DNA from: Thermoplasmata archaeon
Lineage (GTDB): Archaea > Thermoplasmatota > Thermoplasmata > Lutacidiplasmatales > UBA184
Assembly (NCBI GenBank): GCA_022750155.1
Contig: JAKIWG010000005.1
Location: 34,465-98,464, forward strand
Direction of reading: 5' to 3'
Length of the DNA: 64,000 bases
Position numbers and translations under genes: made by a program. This document shows, in pieces, positions 35,556-43,682 of this stretch (the stretch's first letter is position 1; each line of letters begins with the position of its first letter). Below the pieces are notes generated by a model that saw only the letters and a program-made list of their open reading frames with translations, did not search any database and was not told the origin of the DNA.

Positions 35556-36296
35556 TCACTCCATCACGCCGAAGCGATCGAGGAACTCGACCATCCGTAC
35601 GATGGATTCCTCCGCGGGCCAGTCGACCCCATACCGACGGAAGTACCCTCCGAGCGACCGGAGCCCACGCTCGAGATGGGCCTTCGCTTCGCTGAGCCTC
35701 ACCCAGGGGGAGGACCCCAACCGGTCCACACGCAGCGCCGCGGCGAGGTCGATGAAGTAGGAGCGCTGCTCCCACACGAGGATGTTGTAGGCGCTCAGGT
35801 CGGTGTGGACGACGCCGGACATCGCCATCTCCTCTACCGCCCGAATCAAGGCACGCGCGTGCTCTTCCGGCCGGGTCAGCTTCACCCGAAGGAGCTGCGG
35901 GGCCGGCCCCTCGGGGCCGCCTAGGAACTGCATGGAGAACATGTTCTCCACCCGCCGACCCGGGCGCGGGACGGGAAGGTCGCCGCGGTACGCGAAGGAG
36001 AGCATGTCGAACTCGTCGCAGGCGTGGTGGCCCATCACGTCGACCTTGACCGGTCGGCCCCCGCGATGGGAGGTCCGATACATCCGGTACACCTTGACCG
36101 CCACCGGGCGACTTCCGTCCTGACAATAGTAGACGTCCGCCTCCTTGCCCGAGCCGACCTTGCGAAGGACCTCGGTCGCGAGGCCGTTCGTGAGGATCTC
36201 CTCGACCACCTCGGCGTATCGAGGTTCTTCGAACCCGACGGCTCCCGAGCGGATCTTCCAGCGTACGCTGGCGTCGAGGTACGGCTGATTGGGCAT
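35556..36296 (-). CDS. RIO-type serine/threonine protein kinase
   Basis: 246 aa. Motifs are 'VGSGKEADVYYC' (RIO nucleotide-binding loop), 'VAVKVYR', 'VVHTDLSAYNILV' (catalytic loop) and 'YFIDLAAAL' (metal-binding loop). Confidence 0.85.
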   Translation of the reverse strand: MPNQPYLDASVRWKIRSGAVGFEEPRYAEVVEEILTNGLATEVLRKVGSGKEADVYYCQDGSRPVAVKVYRMYRTSHRGGRPVKVDVMGHHACDEFDMLSFAYRGDLPVPRPGRRVENMFSMQFLGGPEGPAPQLLRVKLTRPEEHARALIRAVEEMAMSGVVHTDLSAYNILVWEQRSYFIDLAAALRVDRLGSSPWVRLSEAKAHLERGLRSLGGYFRRYGVDWPAEESIVRMVEFLDRFGVME

Positions 36297-36677
36297 CGAT
36301 GAGCTTCGGTGGGTGTGTTCCGTTTGCGGTCAGCGGAGGGGGGCACCGCCCCGGGAATGGGGTGGATCAGGCGGTTCCCGGGAAGACCCATGTCGAAAAT
36401 CTCCTGCTCATCCCGGGAACCTCCTGGCCGAAGCCATAGAGAGGCACGCCGGTCCATTATCTAACGGTTCCGGCGTGGACCGGCGATGGCGGAGCACGGC
36501 GAGGATGCCCTGTCTGCCTTCACGAGGCGCGCCTGGGAGTGCACGCACCACACCGGCCCACGCGTCCCCGGGGGCGAATCGGCGGAGTGGTCGGCCCAAT
36601 CCCGACCGGTCCGCGGCTCGATGCTCGCCTAACCCAGCCGACGGGCCAGGGGACGCCGAAGGGCAGAGCGCAGACGG

Positions 36678-37220
36678 TTACGACACCTCGAGGTCGAGCG
36701 TCGATTCTCTCTTGAGGATCGTCCGGGTCTCCTCGGGGCTCTCCACGACCTCGGCGTGCGCCGCCCCCAGCATGCGCTGGTCGATCTCACGGATCCGGTC
36801 GCTCAGCCACTCGAACTCGTGGAAGACCAACGGGTCCTGGAGCGAAGTGCGAGCCCGACCGATCAGGTCCACGGGACGGCGCATCGCCGTGTAGTAATTG
36901 ACGATCCATGTTCCGAACGCCTCCCAGATCAGGTCCTCGTCGAGGACGCGCCGATGCGTGAGCGCCCCCACGAGTTCGAAAAAGGTCGCGACCTCCACAC
37001 TCGTGATGTCCTCGTGCTGGTTGTTGATGAGGCGAGAGCTCAGGTGGTGGCGCGCCCGTCGCATCCTGGGACTGTCGAACTGCTGTCGCAGCTCGAGCAC
37101 CGCATTCGCCGAGTTGAGCCGCTGGGCTTGACGGGTCTGCCAGTAGAGGATGAGGAGCGTTCCGATCGCGAGGGCCCACGAAGCTCCCGCGGTGAGGGTG
37201 GTGATGTCGAAGCTGGCCAT
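36678..37220 (-). CDS. Hypothetical protein with an N-terminal TM helix (DUF4760-like layout)
   Basis: 180 aa with G/C-ending codon usage. The N-terminal TM is 'GASWALAIGTLLILYW', followed by a helical domain 'ATFFELVGALTHRRVLDEDLIWEAFGTWIVNYYTAMRRPV...FHEFEWLSDRI'. The family assignment is from memory only. Confidence 0.5.
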   Translation of the reverse strand: MASFDITTLTAGASWALAIGTLLILYWQTRQAQRLNSANAVLELRQQFDSPRMRRARHHLSSRLINNQHEDITSVEVATFFELVGALTHRRVLDEDLIWEAFGTWIVNYYTAMRRPVDLIGRARTSLQDPLVFHEFEWLSDRIREIDQRMLGAAHAEVVESPEETRTILKRESTLDLEVS

Positions 37221-37389
37221 CGGATCGGGCCCCCCACGGGGCGGGACGACCCACCGCCGGGATGGCTAATAGCGCTCCGGGCCGCGGAGCATCCGACGCC
37301 CCGCCCCCGTACCATCCGGCCCGACCGGCACGGGTGGGACCGAGGCGGGGGGTCCTAGACTTGGAACGTAGCAGGGCGCCCGGAGGGCC

Positions 37390-38172
37390 CTACGGTCCCG
37401 AGCTCGCCCAGGTCACCGAGAAGCTCGTTCCGTCCGAGCTGACAGAGGAAGGGCTCGCTTTGGTCGCGCCCTTCCGGCTCACCATCGTGAGCGGGGTCAA
37501 CTGCGAGAACCCGGAGAGCTTGTGGACCGTCCCGGAGACCGTCGCCCCACAGGTGGCCGAGACGTTGGTCGAATCGAACCCGAACTTCGCGGTGCCGAAG
37601 TTCGCGAGGGGCAGGATCCCGGAGAACGACGAAGGCGCCTCGGCGATCCACTCGGCGGAGGCCCGTGCGGCCTTGATGGTGGAGGATGCCGAGTACGACT
37701 TTCCCGTGGTCACGTCGGTGATCGAGGTCGTGAAGGTTCCCCCGGAGTACGACACGTCGGCGCTCATGGTGTCTCCCACGGCGATGCTCAGCGAGGTCCC
37801 GCGAGAGGGGTTCGGATAGAACTCGAACCAGGCGTAGTACTGTGGGGTTCCGTGATTGCAGTCGGAGTCCGTCCCCGTCTGCTCCACGCTCGAGGACCCG
37901 TATCCGTCGATCCCCACCCAGAACGACGAGTAGAGATGGCCCTTGGAAGGGCACGACACCTTCGGGACGATCCACGAGCCCTGCACGTCGGTGACGGTGC
38001 CTTTGGTGGTCTTCACGGCGTACCCGGCCCAGTTCGCTGAACTGGCGTGGAAGAGGCCGAGGTGGGTCGAACTGACCGCGGCGCCGGCGCTCCCAAGCGG
38101 GAGGCTCAGCGACGAGACGACCAGCAGCATCAGAACCCCACTCGCGCCCATCGACCGGATTCCCCGCATCAT
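37390..38172 (-). CDS. Secreted glutamic peptidase, family G1 (eqolisin / scytalidoglutamic peptidase-like)
   Basis: 260 aa with the signal 'GASGVLMLLVVSSLSLPLGSAGA'. Motifs are 'SSANWAGYAV', 'SSFWVGIDGYGSSSVEQTG' (catalytic Gln region), 'YYAWFEFYP' and 'SAEWIAEAP' (catalytic Glu region). Confidence 0.85.
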   Translation of the reverse strand: MMRGIRSMGASGVLMLLVVSSLSLPLGSAGAAVSSTHLGLFHASSANWAGYAVKTTKGTVTDVQGSWIVPKVSCPSKGHLYSSFWVGIDGYGSSSVEQTGTDSDCNHGTPQYYAWFEFYPNPSRGTSLSIAVGDTMSADVSYSGGTFTTSITDVTTGKSYSASSTIKAARASAEWIAEAPSSFSGILPLANFGTAKFGFDSTNVSATCGATVSGTVHKLSGFSQLTPLTMVSRKGATKASPSSVSSDGTSFSVTWASSGP

Positions 38173-38199
38173 GTCACCGAGGCTCGGAACGATGTATGG

Positions 38200-38206
38200 T
38201 ATTTAT
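38200..38206. promoter_or_regulatory. AT-rich TATA-like box in the divergent spacer between 37390..38172 and 38248..39384
   Basis: 'TATTTAT' is the only AT-rich stretch in the 75-nt spacer. It lies about 28-34 nt upstream of ATG 38172 on the minus strand and about 45 nt upstream of GTG 38248 on the plus strand. Confidence 0.4.
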
Positions 38207-38247
38207 CCACCTAACCCCGTTCCTCGCTTCCCACACTATCGACTCGC

Positions 38248-39384
38248 GTGATACACGTGGGGGGGGATCGGGTCGGACCCGTGGGACGCCGGGTGGAAAG
38301 CGAACGGATCATCCCGGAGCCACAGGGGTGGCTCGCGGTCCGCCGAATCCTCACCTTCTCCCTCCTTCCCGTCGCTCCCCTCGTCGCCTTGGTGTTCGGC
38401 GGGTTATCGCTCGGATACGGGGTCCAGTGTTCGTCGGCCGAATGCGCGGATTGGCCGGCGTTGGCTCTAGGCGCGGCGATCATCGTGGGGATCGCCGTCC
38501 TCGCGCTCCTCGGCGGGGACTCGTTGCCGCAGTCGATCTGGGTGGGAGCGGACGGGGTTTCTTTCGGATGGCGCTCGCCCGGACCCACCTGGGAATGGTC
38601 GGAGATGCTGGGGCCGCAGGAAGCCCCTCGGTGGGGGATCGTCCCGATCCTCCGGCGTCGCGCGGGGCGCCGTCCGAAGGTCGCGGGCGTGGTCACCACC
38701 GCCCAGGCGAGAAGCCTCGTCCTCGACCCCCGATTCCCCTCCCACGTCCTCTCTCCGTGGTGCTGGGAGTCGCTCGGCCTCGTTCCCCCCTCCGCGCCGG
38801 GCATCGGTCGACCCATCGGCCCGCGGCTCGGCCCGGCCGGGACCCTCGGTTTGTCCGTTCGGCTCTCCCCCGTGCGATTCGAGCTCCGGGAGGCGAGGGT
38901 CCGGGCGCGACGTCATCGCGTGATGGTCTGGTTCACCGCACCGGGGATCACGGGGATCGTCGGAGTCGTCGGCTGGGCATCCACGGGCGAGCTCGGGGTG
39001 GGTCTCGCGCTCCTGGGTGCGTCGATGCTCGTATGGAACTTCGCGCTGCGAATCCTTGGCCGGCGGGGATGGCCACCGGAAGCCTTGTGGGTGACCGGGC
39101 GCGGATTGAGGTTCGAGTCCCAGTGGCGTGGGACTTCCACGGTCGGAGGTCTTGTGCCATGGTCATGCGTTACGATCTACCCCTCCCGCGTGGGCGAGCG
39201 GGAACGCTACTTCGTCCGGTACCGGCCCCGAGTCTTCGGTGAGGCCTCGGCATTCGTGCGTCTCCCCGAGGGCGCGGTGTCGCTCCTGCTCGGCGCGAAC
39301 GCGCCGGTGCTCCCTCCCTCGTTGGTGGCGGCCGAGCCGGGACTGTCGATCCCGGTGTCCTACCCCGTTTCCTCCACCGCCTGA
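38248..39384 (+). CDS. Hypothetical membrane protein with an internal duplication (2 TM + soluble module, twice)
   Basis: 378 aa with a GTG start. The first half has two TM segments ('ILTFSLLPVAPLVALVFGGLSL', 'ALALGAAIIVGIAVLALLG'), then 'QSIWVGADGVSFGW'. The second half repeats this ('GITGIVGVVGWA', 'LGVGLALLGASMLVWNFAL'), then 'EALWVTGRGLRFES'. Confidence 0.5.
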   Translation: MIHVGGDRVGPVGRRVESERIIPEPQGWLAVRRILTFSLLPVAPLVALVFGGLSLGYGVQCSSAECADWPALALGAAIIVGIAVLALLGGDSLPQSIWVGADGVSFGWRSPGPTWEWSEMLGPQEAPRWGIVPILRRRAGRRPKVAGVVTTAQARSLVLDPRFPSHVLSPWCWESLGLVPPSAPGIGRPIGPRLGPAGTLGLSVRLSPVRFELREARVRARRHRVMVWFTAPGITGIVGVVGWASTGELGVGLALLGASMLVWNFALRILGRRGWPPEALWVTGRGLRFESQWRGTSTVGGLVPWSCVTIYPSRVGERERYFVRYRPRVFGEASAFVRLPEGAVSLLLGANAPVLPPSLVAAEPGLSIPVSYPVSSTA

Positions 39385-39468
39385 ACGCGGGAAACCACGT
39401 TTGGGGCCTGCGGCCCGGATCGCCAGAGCAATCGTCGCCGCGAGGCCGGGCGGCCGCGACCGGTAGGA

Positions 39469-40140
39469 CTAGGGACTGGCCGCCGGGGGGCTCGGCGGTG
39501 CCATGCGGCGCATCCGCAGCACCGCGATCAGTACCACGACGATGACCACGACTCCGGCGACCGCACCGTACTCCAGGTAGACGGTGGTGGAGGTCCCGGG
39601 GGCGGAGGTTGTCGAGGTCGTCGAAATGAGCTCACCGTGCATACCCGCCTGGAAGTGCGTCGCCTCGATGCACACGAATTCGTAGCTCCCGACTGCGGGC
39701 GCGGTGAAGTTCGCGAACGCCTTCGCACCGACGGTTCCGGCGACCGTGAGATTGACGATCGGGGCGTGGGCACGGAAGAAGAGCGTCAGGTTCGCCGCGG
39801 TGGCGGCGTTGTCGAAGGTGAAGTTGGCGAGCGGGGAGAGCACAAAGGTGTGCTCGAAGTTCGCCATCTGGGTCACCACGAGCTGTACCTGGTCTCCCGG
39901 ATGTACCGTGATGGTGCTCGGGTCGTACCCCAGGTTGCTGAGGGTGTTGACGTTGATCTGATCGACCCCCCCTGCGGCCGGGTGGGAGGTCCCAGGGTGA
40001 GGGAATGTGGCGAGCGCGGGGGTTACGCTCACGGGAAGTGCGAGGGCGACGGACGCCATGAGCAACCACAACGGGATGCGCTGCCGGAAACGGTTGCGAG
40101 CCACGCGTCCAGGCGCTCGAGGGGGTCGCGGGGCGGTCAC
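39469..40140 (-). CDS. Membrane-anchored cupredoxin (plastocyanin/halocyanin-like blue copper protein)
   Basis: GTG 40140 inside ORF 39469..40350. The signal is 'RNRFRQRIPLWLLMASVALALPVSVTPALA'. Cu-ligand-like residues are 'NFEHTF' (His) and 'YEFVCIEATHFQAGMHG' (Cys...His...Met). The C-terminal TM 'GAVAGVVVIVVVLIAVL' is followed by 'RMRRMAPPSPP'. Confidence 0.65.
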   Translation of the reverse strand: MTAPRPPRAPGRVARNRFRQRIPLWLLMASVALALPVSVTPALATFPHPGTSHPAAGGVDQINVNTLSNLGYDPSTITVHPGDQVQLVVTQMANFEHTFVLSPLANFTFDNAATAANLTLFFRAHAPIVNLTVAGTVGAKAFANFTAPAVGSYEFVCIEATHFQAGMHGELISTTSTTSAPGTSTTVYLEYGAVAGVVVIVVVLIAVLRMRRMAPPSPPAASP

Positions 40141-40405
40141 ATCGTCCTCCCGTCGGCTCGAAAGTGAACCATGGACGGGGATCCCGGGTCGGGGAAGGAG
40201 ACCGGTGGCAAGCTCCCGAACTCCTCCGAGGGAGCCGAAGCGGCCCCGACTCCCTGCGAGGAGCGGGCGCACTGCTGCTGGTGGCCGAGGATCGGGCCGG
40301 AGAGACCGATCACGGGAACCCCTCTCGGCACCCGAACCCCGTGGCCGCACGGCAACGCCAGAAGATGCTCATCCCCGTCGGACTGGACCGGCTCCGCTCC
40401 GCTCG

Positions 40406-41326
40406 TCATCGTTCCTCCCCCTCGACGAACTCCAGGGTCGAGGGGCGCTTGCGGACCTGACGGAGCCCTGCGGCGGCCACGACCGCCACCAGGCCTGCCA
40501 GCCCGCCCGCGAGACCGTACTCGTACAGCGGGATCCCCAAGACCCGGGCGGGGAGGACCACGCCGACCTGGGAGTCGAAGGAGAGCGAAGAGGCCCCGCC
40601 GCTCCCCGAGCCCGACGTCCACGTCACCGTGGCGTACGCCGGGGCGAGGGCGAGCTGGGCGGAGACCGGGACGGAGGCCGACCCGCCACCGGGGAAGCCG
40701 GCGAGCGCGGAGGAGCTCCATCCGAAGTACTCCTCCGGGTTTCCGGTGGAAAGCGATACGCTCTGGACCTCGGAGTGGTTCGAGCTCGCGGCGACGAGCT
40801 GCTCGGTGGAGCTGAATGCGGGCCACAGCGGGATGAGCACCGCCAGTCGGTCCGAGTTGCTGACCCAGGGCCACCCACTGACGACGAGGTGGATCGCGAC
40901 CTGGGAGACGTTCGCCGCCGCATCGTCGTCATAGCCCGTGGAGAGGTGGGCGGACACGGCCACCGACCCGATCGGGGCGGAGGTGGGCGAGGACCGTACC
41001 GGTAGCGTGGCGCCGTAGCCCAAGGTGAGGGTGCGCGGGCTACTCAGGTTCGTGATGTTCCAGCTCGACCCGATCGTCGAGGAGCTCGCGACGACCGTGC
41101 CGGACGAGGAGACCTCCTCCACCTGCGAGACCCCGGCGTACAGTCCGGTCTCCTGCGCGCCGAGAGCCGAAACCGTCACCGCGGGGTGGTCGGAGGTGAA
41201 GTTGCACAGGATCGCCCCGTTGGACCATGCGAGGGGGGAGGGGGGGGCTCCCGCCGAGGCCGACGAGAGGGGGGAGCCCAGTCCCGCGAGCGTCGCCACC
41301 GCGACGAGCACCGCGAGGCGGCTCAT
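40406..41326 (-). CDS. Secreted, C-terminally TM-anchored hypothetical surface protein
   Basis: ATG 41326 ('MSRLAVLVAVATLAGLGSPLSSASA') inside ORF 40406..41518. It has a Ser/Thr-rich beta-type ectodomain with sequons. The C-terminal TM 'GLAGGLAGLVAVVAAAGL' is followed by 'RQVRKRPS'. Confidence 0.6.
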   Translation of the reverse strand: MSRLAVLVAVATLAGLGSPLSSASAGAPPSPLAWSNGAILCNFTSDHPAVTVSALGAQETGLYAGVSQVEEVSSSGTVVASSSTIGSSWNITNLSSPRTLTLGYGATLPVRSSPTSAPIGSVAVSAHLSTGYDDDAAANVSQVAIHLVVSGWPWVSNSDRLAVLIPLWPAFSSTEQLVAASSNHSEVQSVSLSTGNPEEYFGWSSSALAGFPGGGSASVPVSAQLALAPAYATVTWTSGSGSGGASSLSFDSQVGVVLPARVLGIPLYEYGLAGGLAGLVAVVAAAGLRQVRKRPSTLEFVEGEER

Positions 41327-41469
41327 GGGGAACGATGTCCCCTCCCTGCGGCGGGCGGGTGAATGCACCGGTCGCGGGGAGGGGGTCATCGCCATCTCCC
41401 TATGGACCGTCCGGAGGGACCCCCTTTTTGGTCCGAACCCGCAATCCGATGGTCCAAACACTAAATCCG

Positions 41470-41997
41470 TCATGCGGGGAACAGCTCCGCCCAGGTTTCG
41501 AGCAGCCCTTCTACCCAACGGTCCGCATATCCTTCTCGGTACGTGACCAGCAGCCTCAGGACCCTCGCCCGGTCCGTGACGGCGAAGGTGCGGAGTCGCC
41601 CCTCGCGCCCGGACTCCACGAGCCCGGTCTCCAGAAGGCGACGCATGTGTACCGAGATGCGCGCTTGGCTCAACCCCGTTTTTTCGCGGAGTTCTGGGAC
41701 GGTGAGCATCGGCTCCTTGAGCATGGTCACCAGGAGGCGGCGGGCCGACGGGGAGCGCGCGAGGCGCAGCAGGGTCCGTTCCCCGAGGGGCACGGAGGAG
41801 GTGAAGTAGTGGTCCTGGTGACCGCTCGGCTCCCGATGGACGAGCCCGGCAACGGTGAGGCGCTCGAGGTGATAGACCGTTTCTCCCCGGGCCATGTCGG
41901 CCACGCGCTCCACCTCGCGACCGGAGATCCCCGGGCGGATCCGAATCGCTTCGTAGATCCTCCGGCGGCTCTCCAGGGCAAGCGGGTCGTCCTCCAT
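41470..41997 (-). CDS. ArsR-like transcriptional regulator with two winged-helix modules
   Basis: ATG 41997 ('MEDDPLALESRRRIYEAIRIRPGISGREVERVADM...') inside ORF 41470..42120. The second wHTH is 'LTVPELREKTGLSQARISVHMRRLLETGLV'. The start overlaps the upstream stop by 1 nt (TGATG). Confidence 0.7.
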   Translation of the reverse strand: MEDDPLALESRRRIYEAIRIRPGISGREVERVADMARGETVYHLERLTVAGLVHREPSGHQDHYFTSSVPLGERTLLRLARSPSARRLLVTMLKEPMLTVPELREKTGLSQARISVHMRRLLETGLVESGREGRLRTFAVTDRARVLRLLVTYREGYADRWVEGLLETWAELFPA

Positions 41998-42320
41998 CAG
42001 CGGGCGCGGCGGGGCAAAAGGACCGTCCCGAACAGGAAGAGCACGACGAGCGCGGCGAGCCCGAGGACCGGCAGCGAGACCGCCGAGTAGGATGGAGGCC
42101 CGACGGGGAGCTCGCCCCAAGCCCAGAGCCCCCCCAGTGCGAGGAGGCCGAGGTTGGCGCCCACGAGGAGGACGAACCGCGGGTCGCGGGTCCTGGAAAA
42201 TGCGACGGCGGGCACCGCGGCGTTCACTGCCGAGAGCCCTACGATGAGTACCGCGACGAACAGCTCGAGGAGACCCATCGCGGTCCGGGCCACCCGTCCG
42301 CGGTCCTTAATCATTCCCAC
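41997..42320 (-). CDS. Small membrane protein (3 TM) co-transcribed with the ArsR-like regulator
   Basis: 107 aa with three hydrophobic segments ('LLELFVAVLIVGLSAV', 'FVLLVGANLGLLALGGLWAW', 'LPVLGLAALVVLFLFGTVLL'). Its stop overlaps the regulator's start. Confidence 0.55.
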   Translation of the reverse strand: MGMIKDRGRVARTAMGLLELFVAVLIVGLSAVNAAVPAVAFSRTRDPRFVLLVGANLGLLALGGLWAWGELPVGPPSYSAVSLPVLGLAALVVLFLFGTVLLPRRAR

Positions 42321-42363
42321 GCCGGCCCAGCTCCCGGCCGCGGGGGGGTCGGAGGAAGTGGGT

Positions 42364-43236
42364 TCAGGACCGTTCCCGCACGCCCCTGCGCGGCCCGGAA
42401 CGTTCGATCGCGGAACGCATTCCTCCCTCCTTGCGCACGCTCCAGATCGCCTCGAGAGGCCATCGCTTCCCCCACCGATAGGTTTCCCCGGACAGGTAGC
42501 GGCTCGAACCAGCCCGCCCCATCCGGGGCTCGACCAGCCGTTCGACCTGGAGCCCGTTCTCCCGGAATAGGGCGATCCACGCGCCGTACGGGAGCTGGAA
42601 GTTCACCTCTTTCGGAAAATCGATTCGGTGCAGGCCGAAGTAGTCCCGACGCAACTTCGGAGAGATCCGGTCGCTACGAAGGTTCCAGGCCAACGTCGCG
42701 ATCGGGCTCGCCGTGGCGAAGACGAGGCGGCCCCCCGGTCGCAGGAGCCGCGCACACTCGGGGACCGTCCGTTGTGGATCGCAGAACGTCATCGCCCCCC
42801 AGTCGCAGAAGATCAGGTCGAAGGTGCCGTCCCGTATCGGAACGGCCTCCGCCGAGGCCCGGATCAGCCGGACGCGCGCCCCGGATTTGGCCACCACCCC
42901 TTGGGCCCGGTCGAGTTGGGCGGAGGAGAAATCCAGTCCCACGGCCCTCGCTCCTCTTCTTGCCAGGGCGACCGACCAGCGTGCCGCCCCGCATCCGAGT
43001 TCCAGTACGTCCCGGCCGCGGACCGCACCGAGGAGATCCAGTTCCGATTCGGGGACTCGGTCAAACCCCCAGGCCTCCGCACGGGGGCCGGAGAGCACGG
43101 ACGTGAACCGGCGGTCGTACTCGGCGCTCTGCGACTGCCAGAGACGGAGATTCTTGCGGACGTGGGGGACGGGAACCGGCTCCGACGTGGGATGCCGTCG
43201 GACGGTTCGCCGCTGGGGGTGCCGGCCGTTCGCCAT
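42364..43236 (-). CDS. Class I SAM-dependent methyltransferase
   Basis: 290 aa with an ATG start. Motif I is 'VLELGCGAARWSVALARRGARAVGLDFS'. 'FDLIFCDWGAMTF' and 'LLRPGGRLVF' are also present. Confidence 0.8.
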   Translation of the reverse strand: MANGRHPQRRTVRRHPTSEPVPVPHVRKNLRLWQSQSAEYDRRFTSVLSGPRAEAWGFDRVPESELDLLGAVRGRDVLELGCGAARWSVALARRGARAVGLDFSSAQLDRAQGVVAKSGARVRLIRASAEAVPIRDGTFDLIFCDWGAMTFCDPQRTVPECARLLRPGGRLVFATASPIATLAWNLRSDRISPKLRRDYFGLHRIDFPKEVNFQLPYGAWIALFRENGLQVERLVEPRMGRAGSSRYLSGETYRWGKRWPLEAIWSVRKEGGMRSAIERSGPRRGVRERS

Positions 43237-43358
43237 GGCGTTCGCCCAACGGGGCAGAGGGAAGAGGTCGTCGCAGTCCGGGGTGGTCGAGCGGGTCGCG
43301 GGATGGTCGGAGCAGGTCCCGGGCTACGGACGTGGGGCCCGCCGAGCCGGCGGTCCGT

Positions 43359-43664
43359 TCAGAGAAACTGCGTGGGGAGATCGGACGGGTCGTCGACCCG
43401 CTCCCAACCCTGGCGGAACATCCGCATCCCCCAGGAGACCCACATGGCTACGACCAGTCCAACCCCGGCGATGAGAACGGCAAGGAACACCGCGACATTC
43501 TGATACCACGCGAAGTGCGTCGCGAGGAAACCGGCGTACAGGACGAGCGAGATTGCGCCTGCAAAGATCACACCGAGGGTCGCCAGGACGCGTGCACGGA
43601 GGCCCCGGAGCACCGTGGAACCCCTCGGACGGAACGCCCAGGGACCGCTGACCGGTTCAGACAT
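43359..43664 (-). CDS. Small membrane protein (2 TM), hypothetical
   Basis: 101 aa with 'LATLGVIFAGAISLVLYAGFL' and 'VAVFLAVLIAGVGLVVAMWV'. It lies 18 nt downstream of the preceding gene on the same strand. Confidence 0.45.
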   Translation of the reverse strand: MSEPVSGPWAFRPRGSTVLRGLRARVLATLGVIFAGAISLVLYAGFLATHFAWYQNVAVFLAVLIAGVGLVVAMWVSWGMRMFRQGWERVDDPSDLPTQFL

Positions 43665-43682
43665 GGCGGTACCCCCGCAATC

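Noticed and set aside
39110-39120. tRNA T-loop-like 'GGTTCGAGTCC' (also 'GGGTTCGATTC' on the minus strand near 37565-37580)
   Set aside because: The flanking bases cannot form a T-stem or an acceptor stem. Both lie inside CDS with good coding character. I found no tRNA elsewhere in the spacers.
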